A DNA stretch of 64,000 nt, taken from contig JASCQW010000119.1 in the NCBI GenBank assembly GCA_030264375.1, forward strand, positions 6,307,612 through 6,371,611, read 5' to 3'. This DNA comes from Carcharhinus longimanus (taxonomy: Eukaryota). This document shows, in pieces, positions 13,250 through 25,774 of the stretch. The notes below the pieces were generated by a model, which was not told where the DNA came from, did not search any database, and saw nothing but the letters and a program-made list of their open reading frames with translations. Numbering within the stretch: the stretch's first letter is position 1; the number at the start of each line of letters is the position of its first letter. The position numbers and the translations under genes were made by a program.

Positions 13250-15450
13250 AGTTGACGTGTTTAATGCAATGAGAAGGGCAGAAAATCAAGAGACTACGTG
13301 AGATAAATAGAAATATAGCGTGAAATAAGAGAATAGAAAATGAAGGAGCAGAGGGCGTAGAAAGAAGAGAATGGGACAGAGTATGTTGTGAATAGTAGTA
13401 GAGGAGAGAAACGTGTGGAAGACGGAGATAGGTAGAATGAGGGAACTGTGAAAAGAACAATCGCAGGGCAGTATACGTCAGAGTAAAGTATTTGGGAATG
13501 AGGTATAGGATATTGAGGATTTGAGGAGTTTGGGGAGGAGAATGTGAGAGGGGTGAGTGTAGACAAATGACCCCTGGCCAGTGAGGACAAATACCAGACT
13601 TGGAATTCAACAATGCCCACTACTTTTTGTAGGGCAATTAGAGCAGAAAAAATGTTAGTGTGTAAGAAAGGGGCAGTATGAAGATAACTCATCTAAGAAC
13701 TGTAAACAATGCATGCATAAATAATAATGCACTATGATTAACAGGTCTTGTTGGACCGGACAAAAAAACGATGTGTCTTTGTGGAGGAACATACAAACAT
13801 ACAACAGAGATGAAAGAGGAAGACTAGGTGAGGGGAGGGGGAAGATTCTGGTCAGAAAGAAGGGACAGAATGAGAAAGAAATGAGAGAGAGAACGAGGGC
13901 AAAATACCAAAAAGACGAATTGATTATAGTGTCACAAAGAGTGTAGGGCTGTGGAAGCTAATGTCTGGAGAGACAAAGCATAGCGAGAAGAGAGATCAAT
14001 GGAAGGAAATGGGTTAAAGAGAGAACAAGATACATGGAGATTGAAAGAGATGGAGAGGCAGAGAGAGAGAGGTAGGTTGTTTGGTAGATAAAATAACATT
14101 ACATTATTAGAGGGAAGCAGACAAGAGACTGGAAAGAGGACTGATATTAGAATGGTAGAAAAGAAAACATGCTGGGATGAACGAGTACACTATCAAGGGC
14201 AGGAGTCTTGGTAGTGTTGAGGAGCAGAAGGATCTCGGGGTCCGGGTCCANNNNNNNNNNNNNNNNNNNNNNNNNNNNNNNNNNNNNNNNNNNNNNNNNN
14301 NNNNNNNNNNNNNNNNNNNNNNNNNNNNNNNNNNNNNNNNNNNNNNNNNNAAAAGACTTCTGGATGAGTATATGGGGTTTTATGGGATTGGGGGTTATAG
14401 ATAGGTGTTGATGTGATCGGCGCAACTTGTGGGCCGAAGGGCCTGTTTGTGCTGTAGTGTTCTATGTTCTAAATCTGAACAGAGTGAAGACAAATAGTTG
14501 GTGAAGAGGCAGGTTGCAATTGAGAGGTGGAGAAAGAGAGATAGCGTGGAGAGGGAAGGTGCGTGCGGCCGAGAGAGGATTGGAAGGGAGCCGTATGGTG
14601 GAGGACAAAGAAATCTGGTGGAGAGAGATATGCTTTGGAGATATTTGCGGTAGAGGGATGGGTTATTGGGCTGGGAGTTTGTACTTTTGCAAAGTAAGAG
14701 GGCAGCAGAGCAAGGGAGTGATAACGGTGGAGATAGAGAAACGTTGTGGAGGAGAGAGGGGTGGTAGAGAGAGAGTGGAGAGGGAGAAAGGATCAGGAGG
14801 GAAAACGTGGTGGAAGAGAAGTGTTCGAACGGGAAAGGTTATATTTCGAACAAGAGAGGGCTGTGGTGTCGGAGAGAGAGGGAGGGGGCGGATCTTGCAT
14901 GGTTCGTGGAGAGAAGATTTGGTGTAGATGAACGGATGGTTTTGGAGAGAATGTGATGATAGGACGATGAAGCATGAAGATTCAGAATCTGTGATAAACG
15001 AGGGGGCCATTGGAGGGAACGGGCATGGGTGGTAGTAGGAAGGTGATGTGTTGGGGGTGGATAGATCGTTGTGGTGGACAAACAAATTTGGTGGGAGTGG
15101 AGGGGAGTTGTTGAAGAGAAAATAAATAGAGAAAGAAGGTTGGGCACCGCTGAGATAGTCCTAAGTTGATGGAGCGAGAGAGGAGGTTGATGGATGGGGT
15201 CACAGCAGAAGTGGTGGAGCAAGCCTCTGGATATAGTGAAGCGATAGGGATGGGCTGCGAGACAAGGTGAAGGAGATAGAGCAGTGGAGAGACTGATCAG
15301 TATTTTGTTGAACAAGTGGGCGGTGCTTGAGAGAAACAAAAAATTGATGGCTGAAAGTGAAAGAGAGGTTTATATAGATGAGGTCAAGCTGTGATGGAGA
15401 GAAAGATGGGGACACGCTCCTGTAGTGTTACGACCAATAAAGGGGAGGGA
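13250..15450 (+). repeat. Purine-rich (GA) low-complexity tract
   Basis: About 2.2 kb dominated by gag/gga/aga words on the + strand, with no long ORF. Confidence 0.7.
14172..14472 (+). mobile_element. Young CR1 3' fragment spanning an assembly gap
   Basis: EYTIKGRSLGSVEEQKDLGVRV, then the 3' tail gggccgaagggcctgt..gttctatgttcta. Confidence 0.8.
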
Positions 15451-15475
15451 ACGGAATGTGTTTGGAAGGTGGGAT

Positions 15476-15743
15476 TCAATGTGCGACCAAGTTGCCTCCG
15501 TCAGTCAATGTGTCATTTCTGGACGACAGAGATATGCTCGATTCAATATGGCATTCAATTAGGAAAGGGTCAAGCAGTGACGAAGAACATGGTTCTTCCG
15601 ATGTCCCCATCAGAGAGGTAGAAATCCGTCTTCTCCCGTGTTCAATCGTAGCTAAGTTTGGCGAAGATCGGGGACCAGTGACGGGCGGAGGGGTGGTAAT
15701 GGTTCGCAGGGTTCTTAATATCTTGGCGAGAACATCCAATCCT
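15476..15743 (-). CDS. Candidate terminal coding exon, unknown product
   Basis: Strong acceptor ttcttattttgtgttgtgcag; open for 88 codons (GLDVLAKILRTLRTITTPPP...NLVAH*) in the phase set by the 15837-15879 exon. Confidence 0.35.
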
Positions 15744-15836
15744 CTGCACAACACAAAATAAGAAGTGAAACGATCATCAGCGGCTGCGTGGAGCTCTGCA
15801 CTGTGCGTGCGCGTCCAACACCCTACTGCGGCTCAC

Positions 15837-15879
15837 CGGCCAATTTCTATTCCCAGGGAAGTGGCCGATGCGCTGTCCT
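15837..15879 (-). CDS. Candidate 43-nt exon (xDSASATSLGIEIGR)
   Basis: Acceptor ttttctcccag, donor CG|gtgagc, then a 93-nt intron. Phase 1 in, phase 2 out, matching the next exon. Confidence 0.35.
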
Positions 15880-17721
15880 CTGGGAGAAAACCATTCGGCA
15901 CATGCGGAACGGCAACATTTGTGCAAAGTTTATTTTTCGTAAGCTGAAGATTATTACTGACATCGTCTTCCCGTCTGCTTTTGGATCCGTTCCCTTCCCA
16001 TTTCTTTGAGCCTCTTCTTCTTTGTTTTGTTTCGCCGAGTTCATAATTTACTTTTGTTAAAAACGTCAGTATGAAAGTCATTCAAATTGGGTCCCGGATG
16101 TTTCCTTAGTTGCAGCAACTTCTCCCAGATCTGGCACTGGGAGGAGCTGCTACAACTATGGCAAAGTGTGACGGCCGGGAGGGGAATCAACATCAGGCAC
16201 AGCCTCTCTTTAAAAAGATCCAGTTTAGCTTTCCGGAGACACCGCAAATCTCTTCAAATTTAAACGGCAGCTTCGCAATTTATTCACTTATACAGCGAGA
16301 ATGATTCTCTAATAGCTTCACTCGCATTCCACTGCAGAGTATATTCCACACAATCTCCTCTCAGACACTTCATCCGATTATATAATACATTTGGGACATT
16401 ATCACGTGTCGAAATTGTTTTCTGTTCAGGTGCTCCAAAATTGTAGAAAATTGGCAATTTCACTTCCACTCATAGCTTTAGGAATAAATTTATATCATCC
16501 AATTTTATAATAGTACACACAAAGATTTCTACCTTACATCGGTTATTCTTCTGATGTCGCGTCCTATGTGAACCAGCTCAGAATTTCATAAACCCTCGAT
16601 GGTCTTTGTCTTTGTAAGATGTTGTACATTTCTGCGATTATCCCTGTTTTCTCTTTCTGTTTCTGTCCGCATGTGACTGCGTAATTACGAATCTGTTTCT
16701 GTGCAATAAATGCATGTTTGAAACTGTAAATGCGTTTGTTTATAACTGTGCATGTGTGTCAACGTGTTAGTGATTTTGAATCATGTGTGTTCCTTTGCGA
16801 AAGATTCTGAATCTCTGTTTGCGCCTGCATCTGTTTGTGTTGTGCCTGTGTGTGTGTGTGTGTGTGAGTGTGCAATGGTTCAAGAAAGCAGCTCCCCACC
16901 ACCTTCTGATAGATAAGATTAAAGCCTCGATTGAGAAGCAGGATGTAGAGAGCGTGGGCCCCAGAGAGCCGGGGGGAGGATGTGCAGAAACAGAATTCGA
17001 GGTACAGTTACAGTGAGGGGCGGGCTGTGAGGATGGAGCCTGTACTAGTTGAAAGTGCCTCTCTTTCTGATTTTTATCAGCCTCTGGCCTATGAAGCAAT
17101 CCAGGCGGACCCTGCAGACAGTGTGTGTGGGTCAGAGACCCCCTGGGAGGGGCAGAATTTAAGGCAGAGTTATATAAGCTGACCCATCGTCGCCTCCAAG
17201 GGTGAGTGGGCCCAGGGGCCGGTGGCTAGGCAGCCATTGCATTCTGGGTAGCCAGAAGGGCTCAGTTGAACGCCAATAGCAATGAGTTGCACCAATCAGA
17301 TGCCTGCTTTAGTAGGGCTGTCAGATCACCTTATTCATTGGACGATGAAGAGAATGGAGGGTAATTATTGGTGGAAAGCAGCACTCGATGAAGTACCATT
17401 GATTGTATAAGATTACACAGGCGCCCTGCACCGATACTGAGCTTCGCAATGAGGAAACACTGCTTTATTCAAACGGCAGAGAACATCCTTACTGTACAGG
17501 TTTCCAGTGAGTGAGCGATGGATTAAATTAATGATCCAACTGTAACTTCCTCACAGAGAACACAGCTCGGGCAGAACAGTGAGAACAAACCGATCTGAAC
17601 TCATCCAGAACTCGCTGCATCAACTCACAGTAAATCTCACTCCCCTCAGCACCCAGTGTGCTCCCTGTCACTGCCTCCAATAACACCCTCACCTTCAACC
17701 TCACCTCCCCTTTCCAAAACC

Positions 17722-17883
17722 CCTCCCTATCCCTGTAACCTCCTCCAGCCCCTACAACTCTCCCTATCCCTGTAACCTCCTCCAGCCCCTACAACTCTCC
17801 CTATCCCTGTATCCTCCATCAGTCTCTACAACCCTCCCTATCTCTGTATCCTCCATCAGTCTCTACAACCCTCCCTATCTCTG
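17722..17883 (+). repeat. ~36-37-bp minisatellite (ctccctatccctgtaacctcctccagcccctacaa), probably LINE-derived
   Basis: 4-5 visible tandem copies running into an N gap. Confidence 0.8.
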
Positions 17884-19699
17884 NNNNNNNNNNNNNNNNN
17901 NNNNNNNNNNNNNNNNNNNNNNNNNNNNNNNNNNNNNNNNNNNNNNNNNNNNNNNNNNNNNNNNNNNNNNNNNNNNNNNNNNNCTGTTTGTGTTGTGCCT
18001 GTGTGTGTGTGTGTGTGTGTGTTTGTAAGGGGTGCTTGCACGAAAACTCGCATGTGACTCTGTGTTTTTGCGTGTGTATGCCCGTGCGTATCCAGTCGTA
18101 TTTCTGTGTGTGTGTGTGCGTGAGTGTATGTGCGTGTATTATATCTATGCTTTTGCGAGAGGTTGTGTGTGCATGTATGTAAGAGATGGACAGAGACTGT
18201 GTCCGTCTGCAATTATGCATGCCTGTTGGAGATTGAGATTATATAACACAAACTAATTCATCATTGAAACAGGATCACCTTTGTCGAGTGCGGAATTTGG
18301 ATGCTAACAGTTCAGATTTGTTTGAAGTATCATTTAGCCTCTTCGTCTTTCATGTGTTTTAGGAGATTGCCCACCTGATTCACCAGAATTAGCACTGAAT
18401 ACTTCCCAAACATTTATGCTTGAATTTCTGTGTATGTGCACAACTGGAGAGCAAATAAGAGGCAGACTGAGAAAAATGATCTCAGATTCCAGATCAATTG
18501 AACTTTCGGTCAATATACTTTTTTTCTCTCTCCCATTCGACTCTCTTGCGCTCTTTTGGTCTTAACGCCTTTAAAGCAGACTGATCAATTAGCGTTCTGC
18601 GATGTAATGTACTAAAATATTCTGGCCTGAATAATTTCTCCTCACAGATAATCTATCTTTAAATTGGACATTGTCTTAATCTTCAAAAAGAATCGATTGC
18701 ATCGAATAAAATCCTGCTTTCATCATTTCCTCCATGAACTCAGTAGGCGAAGGTGAACATTCCAAACTTTTTTGATGTTTTTATCCCGGATTTATTGTGG
18801 TGTCTTCAACTAAGTACAGCACAATCAGAAAAATAGAGCGAAAATGAACACACTCGGAACAAATGATTACAAGAAGTGCCTCCCCTGGAGTATCAATGAT
18901 TTTTCTTTTCCTCTATATCGATTTCATGGATGCGCAATTGTATTGGAAGATGAGGTGATAACTTAATTAATTCGGTAACACATGAATATATTAATAGATG
19001 CAAAGCAGATGTGAAATATAGAAGATGATTTTGTCAGAAGTTATAAGAAACCATATTCTTTGCCAAAGGGATTGATGAGAACCATTAGCTTAAAATCACA
19101 CACAAAAAAAAATGCCCAGGGGATCTGAGGAGACGGATTTCTACAGTCAGGGTTGATATTCTTTGGAATGTAAAGTCTACATGAGTGACGATATCAGAAA
19201 ACACTTAGAGGAATCGAGCACAAGCACATAAATGCGATGAATCAGCTGCAACAAAATGAAGATTGCGTGATGTCAGTTCAGTGCTGTTATGGGGTTATAT
19301 AGGTATTGGCGAGCGCAGCTGCGTCATATTATTTTTATATATCTTTGAACATTGGGGCGTGGCTTCACAAAGGATATTCAGCATAACCCCAAAACCCACA
19401 TACATCAACATCATTCCTTATGAATTTGTTTATTATCTCTCGATTTTATGGTTCTCCTGTCAGCTTTGCTCCGTTTGCAAGTGATTTCTACCTGCGAAAA
19501 TAAACAAAACACATCGTACGATACGCTTGGAACTAAACTCTTCATTGGTTGCATGGAGTCGAAACTGGGTAGATTTGAAACTGATCAGCTTTTCAAACTG
19601 TGTGGGCCTAATTGCTGAAACACAAGTGACCAGGGCCATGGAGAATGCTCAGCAAGTAATAATGTCCATTTCGAGGGCTGCAGGTTTCAAATATCGAGG

Positions 19700-20100
19700 A
19701 ATATACGTCTGTGCGTATAGTATGTTGATTGGACCACTTAGAACCACTGTTAGCACTGTTGTTCTCAGAGACCTTGGTCAGATAGAACTTTGAGCACTGA
19801 GAATAGTTTTCAACAACAATTTTTTGGGAACAAAATTGGAATCTTTGGGCCGTTTTTGTCTCGATATTTTAATGAGGGTATTGAGGTACTGGAGAGTATG
19901 CGAAGTGATAGCAGAAGCCTGCGTCTCTGAATAAGAAACAAGTTGAACTTGCTGGGAATTGATTTTCAGGGGAAACAGGGACACTATTTAATGAACTGCT
20001 GGAGATTTTTAATATAATGGAGCTGCGAATTGTATTCATAAGGAAAACTTATATGCATTTCGTGGGCAATCCAGAATCAGCGACCAAGACCAAAACATAG
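19700..20100 (+). mobile_element. Decayed CR1 3' fragment
   Basis: LIGPLRTTV... region and downstream DLI..YKI-like segment, heavily mutated. Confidence 0.5.
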
Positions 20101-20795
20101 TTAGGTGGAGATTTGCAATCTTATTTTATTATTTCAGGGGATGTAGGCGTCGCTTGCAAGGCTAGTATTTGTTGTCCGTCCCTAATTGTCCTCGCAATGA
20201 ATGGCTATCTTGCCGACTACTGAAGTCGGTTCAGAGCGAACCACATTTCTTAATGTGTGTAGACTTGTCGGGAGGTTAACTAGGCTAAGAATGGAAACTT
20301 TCCATCACGAAACACTAATTGTTAATCGGATTTTATTCCGCAACATTTTATAATTTCATTGATACCATAACTGAGAGAAAATTCCAGTTAAGATACTTAT
20401 TGATCCATTTAAAATTTTAGCAGCAGCAAAAGTGGGATTTGAATAGATACCCAGCCACACCCCCGCCCCCGCCCCGCCCCCCCTCCCACTCCCCCAGCCC
20501 TCCCCAGAGATCCGGCCTGTAAATTTGGTGCCTCGATTTCCAATCCAGTGATGATCCGGTAAAATGAAATGAAACTAAATACTTTTCTCTGGGCGGAATT
20601 CTGGAAATGCCGCGTTCTACAACATGATTATCTTATAATTGAGAGGTTGAGGCCAATTACATACTTGCAGTCGTGAAATTGAGTGAAAATGAGAGAGACA
20701 CAGAGAGAGAGAGAGGCAGAATGGATGAAGGATTGAGTCGATCATAGCAACATGCATAATATCGACTGATTTTTTCAATGATCAATGTATCCGAT

Positions 20796-21310
20796 CTAAA
20801 CCAGGGTTAAGGTGCCATCAGGGCTCGTGGTGACCCAGAGTTTGAAGACAGGGTAAACTTTGCCTGTGAGTTTGGCATTGAAGGTATGCACATGGGCTCC
20901 GTTCTCCGGGTTGTAGAAGGACACCCGTCCTTCCTTGTTGTCCACGTAGACCCCCAGTTTGCTCAGATGGGCCATCAAGACTGAAGTGCCCAGCGATCTT
21001 ACATTTTCCTTGTTGCCTTCGATGTTCCACATCATCAGGGCCCAGTAACTGTCCTTGGAAAACGGTCTGCTCCATCTGTTCATAGGTCGGACATTCTGGG
21101 AGACTCCTACGCTCCAGACTGTCCCTGGGCTGGCTGACACCTCCCAGTATTGCTTGCCAAGAGGAACACCGTCGCTTGCCCAGATTGTCCAACTGTCTGC
21201 AAATTGTAGCTCCTTGTTTGCTGCTGCTGTGTCATTCCAGCCGACGCTTTTGTTGTCTTTGCCAAAGGCGAACCGTGGATCAGCATTTTCATTATCGAAT
21301 ACAATCGGAA
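20796..21310 (-). CDS. Terminal exon encoding a complete B30.2 (PRY/SPRY) domain of a butyrophilin/TRIM-like protein
   Basis: Acceptor ctctctttgtttaccag, phase 1, 515 nt open to TAG: VPIVFDNENADPRF..GKQYWEV..WSVGV..YWAL..KLGVYVDNKEGRVSFYN..HVHTF..KVYPVF. Confidence 0.92.
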
Positions 21311-22183
21311 CTGGTAAACAAAGAGAGAAGAAAAGTAAGCATTGTATTCATGCAATTGTGCACAGTTCACAAATTAAATAATCAGCCCCTTTAAAGCAGC
21401 AGCAACAATGTGCAAAATTTCTGACGTACTTTGACCTGTCGCCTTTTGTTCTTTCCCCTGAATCATTGCTAAATTACAACGCATATACTTTATCCATAAA
21501 ATATCCAGTATAACTTTGCAAAATATTTCCAAATGTTCATCAAAGGAAGTGCAAGGAGATACAAATATCTCCATTGTTGTTGCTTTAGGAGCTCCAAATT
21601 GATAAAATTAACATTGCAAACATTTTCAAATATATTCGCTGCATTAAATACAACGATGTTTACATTAGCTGCATGGCTCTTTTTCCAATATAAGGAGCTT
21701 CCAATCATTAATAGTAACATCACATGCACATTTAAATGTTAATTGGAAAAATGATGCCCCACCTCCCACCCACCCCATACAGTACACAGCTCCACATTCT
21801 CCCGTCTGAGGCTCAAGCGGCTGGTGCTGCACCATATTTATGACAAAAAGTTGTTTCCGCCTCTGGAGCTTCACCCAGCTGGCTACTTTGTCTGATTGAC
21901 TCGTTCAAGGAATCTTCCCATCTCTACAAGTGCCTCTCGGAGACCATCAAAAAACCCCAGGAGGTTAAAAAAACTACACTTTGCAATTACTTCAAATTTT
22001 CCCTCACCTCTCGTCACGCGTTACGTTTCCACGAACTGCTGGAGTGACTCAGATATTACGAAATGGGGAAGGGTAGTCGATGATTGTGGAGTGATTGGAG
22101 ACATTTAGTAAAAGGGCGGTGTGGGGGTGGGGGGGGGGGGGGAGCGGGCTGCGGACAGTGAAGCAGAATTCATGATGGCTTAC

Positions 22184-22210
22184 CTTTATGCTTCGTTAGA
22201 ACTTTCCATT
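22184..22210 (-). CDS. 27-nt penultimate exon (EWKVLTKHK)
   Basis: tag|...AAG|gtaagc, phase 1/1. Resembles the short W-containing exon that precedes B30.2 in butyrophilins. Confidence 0.8.
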
Positions 22211-22374
22211 CTAGTAATAGTCATGTGGATAGCAGAGAAGGGAGGACAGTGAAACATCCCCAAAATCCATACTTATGACATCAGAGCTCTATTGCATTAA
22301 TACTCATCTGCCGGTAAGTGGAAATCGCTCTGTCATATTTAGGACTTAAGATCTTGAGCTTAATGGAGTTCAAA

Positions 22375-22650
22375 GAATCATAGAATCCCGACGGTGTCGA
22401 TAGATGTCATTCGGCCTATCGAACCGCACTGTTCACAATCCCACCCAGGCTCTATTTCTATAACGCCCCACATTTATCCTGCTAATTTCCCTGATACTAA
22501 GGGTTAATTTATCGTGGCCAATCAACCTAACCCGCATATATTTAGACTGTGGGAGGAAACCGGAGCACGCAGACACGGGGAAAACGTGCAATCTCTTCAC
22601 AGAAGTTACCCGAGGCGCAGTGAGGTAATAGTGCAAAACACTGTGCCACC
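22375..22650 (-). mobile_element. HE1-type tRNA/V-SINE
   Basis: atcatagaatc tail, ggccaatcaacctaacccgca core, and cactgtgccacc head on the reverse strand. Confidence 0.85.
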
Positions 22651-23429
22651 TTTCTGGGCTTTCGATTGAAAGGATACAAACTTTGACCAACCCCATACAG
22701 TGGAAACACTGAGGGAACGCTGTCTTTTAGTAAAATATTAAACCGAGGACCTTTTCAACCTGTCCTCGCGGATCTGCTAAGCGAGAGTGTAAAACATCCC
22801 TCAGAATATCACTGCCCAAAAAAATCTATAGGAGTTTTGATTAAAACCAACCGTCATCAAACAATGTCCTACCAAATAAACACAGCGGGCACAAATTGTC
22901 GGGGCAGAGAAAAATTAAGTACACCACTGATTGACCCATCATCAACTAAGCACAGTCCACTTGGAGTAATGATCTGGGTCAGGTTTCTGACTGCTTTTAT
23001 CCAAAAACCTGATGCAGTCTTGGCTTTTCCAGTATTGATCTCCACCTCCCATTTCCAAAATCAATGCTAATTGAACACCACTCGTGGGTAGGGNNNNNNN
23101 NNNNNNNNNNNNNNNNNNNNNNNNNNNNNNNNNNNNNNNNNCCGGGGGGTACGTGCTACTGATGGTATCATGACTAATTCCTCCGCTGCACTAGAACAAA
23201 ACGGATATCTCCTTCCATTGTCCCATAAGCTTCTGGATCCCAGGCAAAAAAAAGAGGTGGTGCCACCCCTATAACTAATGAAACTGAGTTTTTTGTTAAT
23301 TTAATTGTGCTGATTAATCATGAATTTATATTGAGGATACAGGTTCACCGGCCTTATATTCCAGGAACGGTGATTGAAGAAAAATATCCCTTTGCATTTT
23401 ATGTGACTATCCTTAATGTATTTACATGA

Positions 23430-25170
23430 CTAACCAGCACACATTTTTGTTATTTTACAGATTGATGAACATGTTGTGTATTTTCAAAATTATTGACAGT
23501 GGAGATTTTCTTAAAATATTCAGATATGGAAGTTGCTTTCATATTCATATATATGTGAGATGTGATTATGTAAATAGATCTGTGGAGGCTTTTTTAATCC
23601 ACAGTGATTAGTGGTCGATTTTCATATTTATGTCCATTGGAGATTCGCACCAGTTGCTTGCTCTGGGAATGTTTGTTCTGTTTGTTAGATATTATCGTTC
23701 ATGTAGATTGATTGAGAGATGTTGGGATGGATGCAGAAGATATTTTATGTGCTGACAAATAGGGGAAATGATTTCTTAATTTATGACAACGGAAATCTTT
23801 CCATGCTCATGCTTATCTACACCATATTCACACTGATGGAGATGAGAGGGGTTTTTGGATGTGACAGGTGTTTTCTGCACTGATAGATGGGGAAGATATT
23901 TCTCAGACTGATAGTTACGTGAGCTATTTCACACCAATAGGTGGAAGATCATTTTTCAAACTATTGAGTATTTCCCACGTTTTCATTATCATGCAATTTT
24001 CATCATGAAATATATGGGAAAAAATCAATTTAAAAGATATGGGAGATGTTGTTTCACGAATGGGAATGGGTGATAACTTCGTGTCAAAGGGTCGGGCTGA
24101 CATTTTATAATGATATATATTGGCTGCATTTGAGTGTTGATCGTAGTATGGAATGGCTTCATACTCCTGGATATGGGCGATTCTTTCATAATGATGGAGC
24201 TGGGCGATGCCTTTAATACTGTTGCATATGGGCAAAGTTTTCACACTGGTGGATATGGTACCCATTTTCACTCAGATGGATGGATTGCTAGTTAAGCAAA
24301 GTGTTTCCATGATGTTGGTCATGACGATGGAAATCCACAATTCTTTGCATTGATGGGCACTTGAGATGCTTTCATTCTCACGTGGGCCATATTTTCATGC
24401 TGATATATATGGCTAATTATTACATATTCATGGACAAAGACAATATTTCCATGCTGATGGATATGGGCGATGTTTTTTCTCTGACAGATATGGACGATTT
24501 TTACGTGATGATCTATATGAGGCATGTGCTCATACTGATTGTTATGTGGGATGCTTTCATATTGATGAATTAGGAGATTCGTTTACACTAATGCACCTGG
24601 GTTATACTAATGCACATGCAGAATTTCGTCACACTAATGGTCAAAGTATATATTTATTCCTGATGTTTATGACCATGTTTTCATACTAGTGGATGTGGCT
24701 GATGGTTTCACACGTCAATATGGGCGAAGTTCCCATGCTGACGGATATCAACATTGCTTTCATATCAATGAATGTACAACATTTTTCAACCTGATGGACA
24801 TAGGCGATGGTTTCATATTCATTGATACAGGCAATGCTTCCATGCAAATGTAAATGGCTGAATTGTTAAATCTCATATATAAGGAATATGATTCGATTTC
24901 GAAAGATCTGGGCCGTATTGTCATAAAGACTAAATTGATGAGGCTTTCATGATATTGGATATGGGTGGTGACTTCATTCGTAGAGAATGGGAAGAAGTTT
25001 TCATCCAAATTAACATGGTTAATATAATTCTACTGACATGTATGGACCACATCTTTGTATTGATGGATGTGGTCAAAGTTTGATGGACATGGGCAATCTT
25101 ACAACTGATAGATTGAGAAGAGTTTTCAGACTGATGAGTGTGGACATATTTTAAGCACGTCAATAAGCAC
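23430..25170. repeat. Decayed ~27-28-bp tandem array
   Basis: Recurrent unit resembling gatatgggcgatgttttcatactgatg, clearest at 24170-24290 and 24440-24560. Confidence 0.75.
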
Positions 25171-25774
25171 ATTTTTCGAGAGAGCCATAATGACTACACT
25201 TCGAAAACCCCATCATTTTTTGTCCTACTTCAGGAGACTTACTAGGCTTCATGAACCACATTTTAGAACTCCACACTCTTCGTCATTCAGCTTGTAGTAG
25301 CTGAACACATCAGAACAGAACAATCCAGATCACAGTTATCAAATTGTGTTGTTCCCAGATTGCGACTGAATTAGGTATAATTCAGATGTTAGACTGAAGT
25401 CGAGAGTACTCATAATTTGGCGTTTGGTTTTGAAATTCAAGAGTGGACCTTCTGACGATTATTAGATATAAATGTAATATTGGAGGGCCTGTTGCATGAG
25501 GTCTGCTGCGTTGAACAATGACACAAAGCGAGGAAACATCTTAAAATGGCAAATTAATGATATCCCAGCCTGAACAATATCCTCCACATAACCAAACGCT
25601 GCTTATTTTAAGGTTTGAAGCAGTCTATCTCCATGACTGAAAGGCAGTGGCACGTTATACCTGTAACCAAACGGAAAATTGTCGCACCTTTGGCGGGATC
25701 CACGCAACCTGTGTGGGAGTTAAGAAGAGAGTTATTGTTGTGATTGTGATTATAGTCGTCGGGCCAAATGTTAA

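Noticed and set aside
21430-21457. 28-nt AG..GT segment (GKEQKATGQ) just upstream of the B30.2 exon
   Set aside because: Not a multiple of 3, needs phase-0 entry and has a weak acceptor. The 22184-22210 exon fits the frame directly.
23430-25170. CRISPR-like periodicity
   Set aside because: Vertebrate DNA with contiguous degenerate units and no conserved repeat/unique spacer structure.
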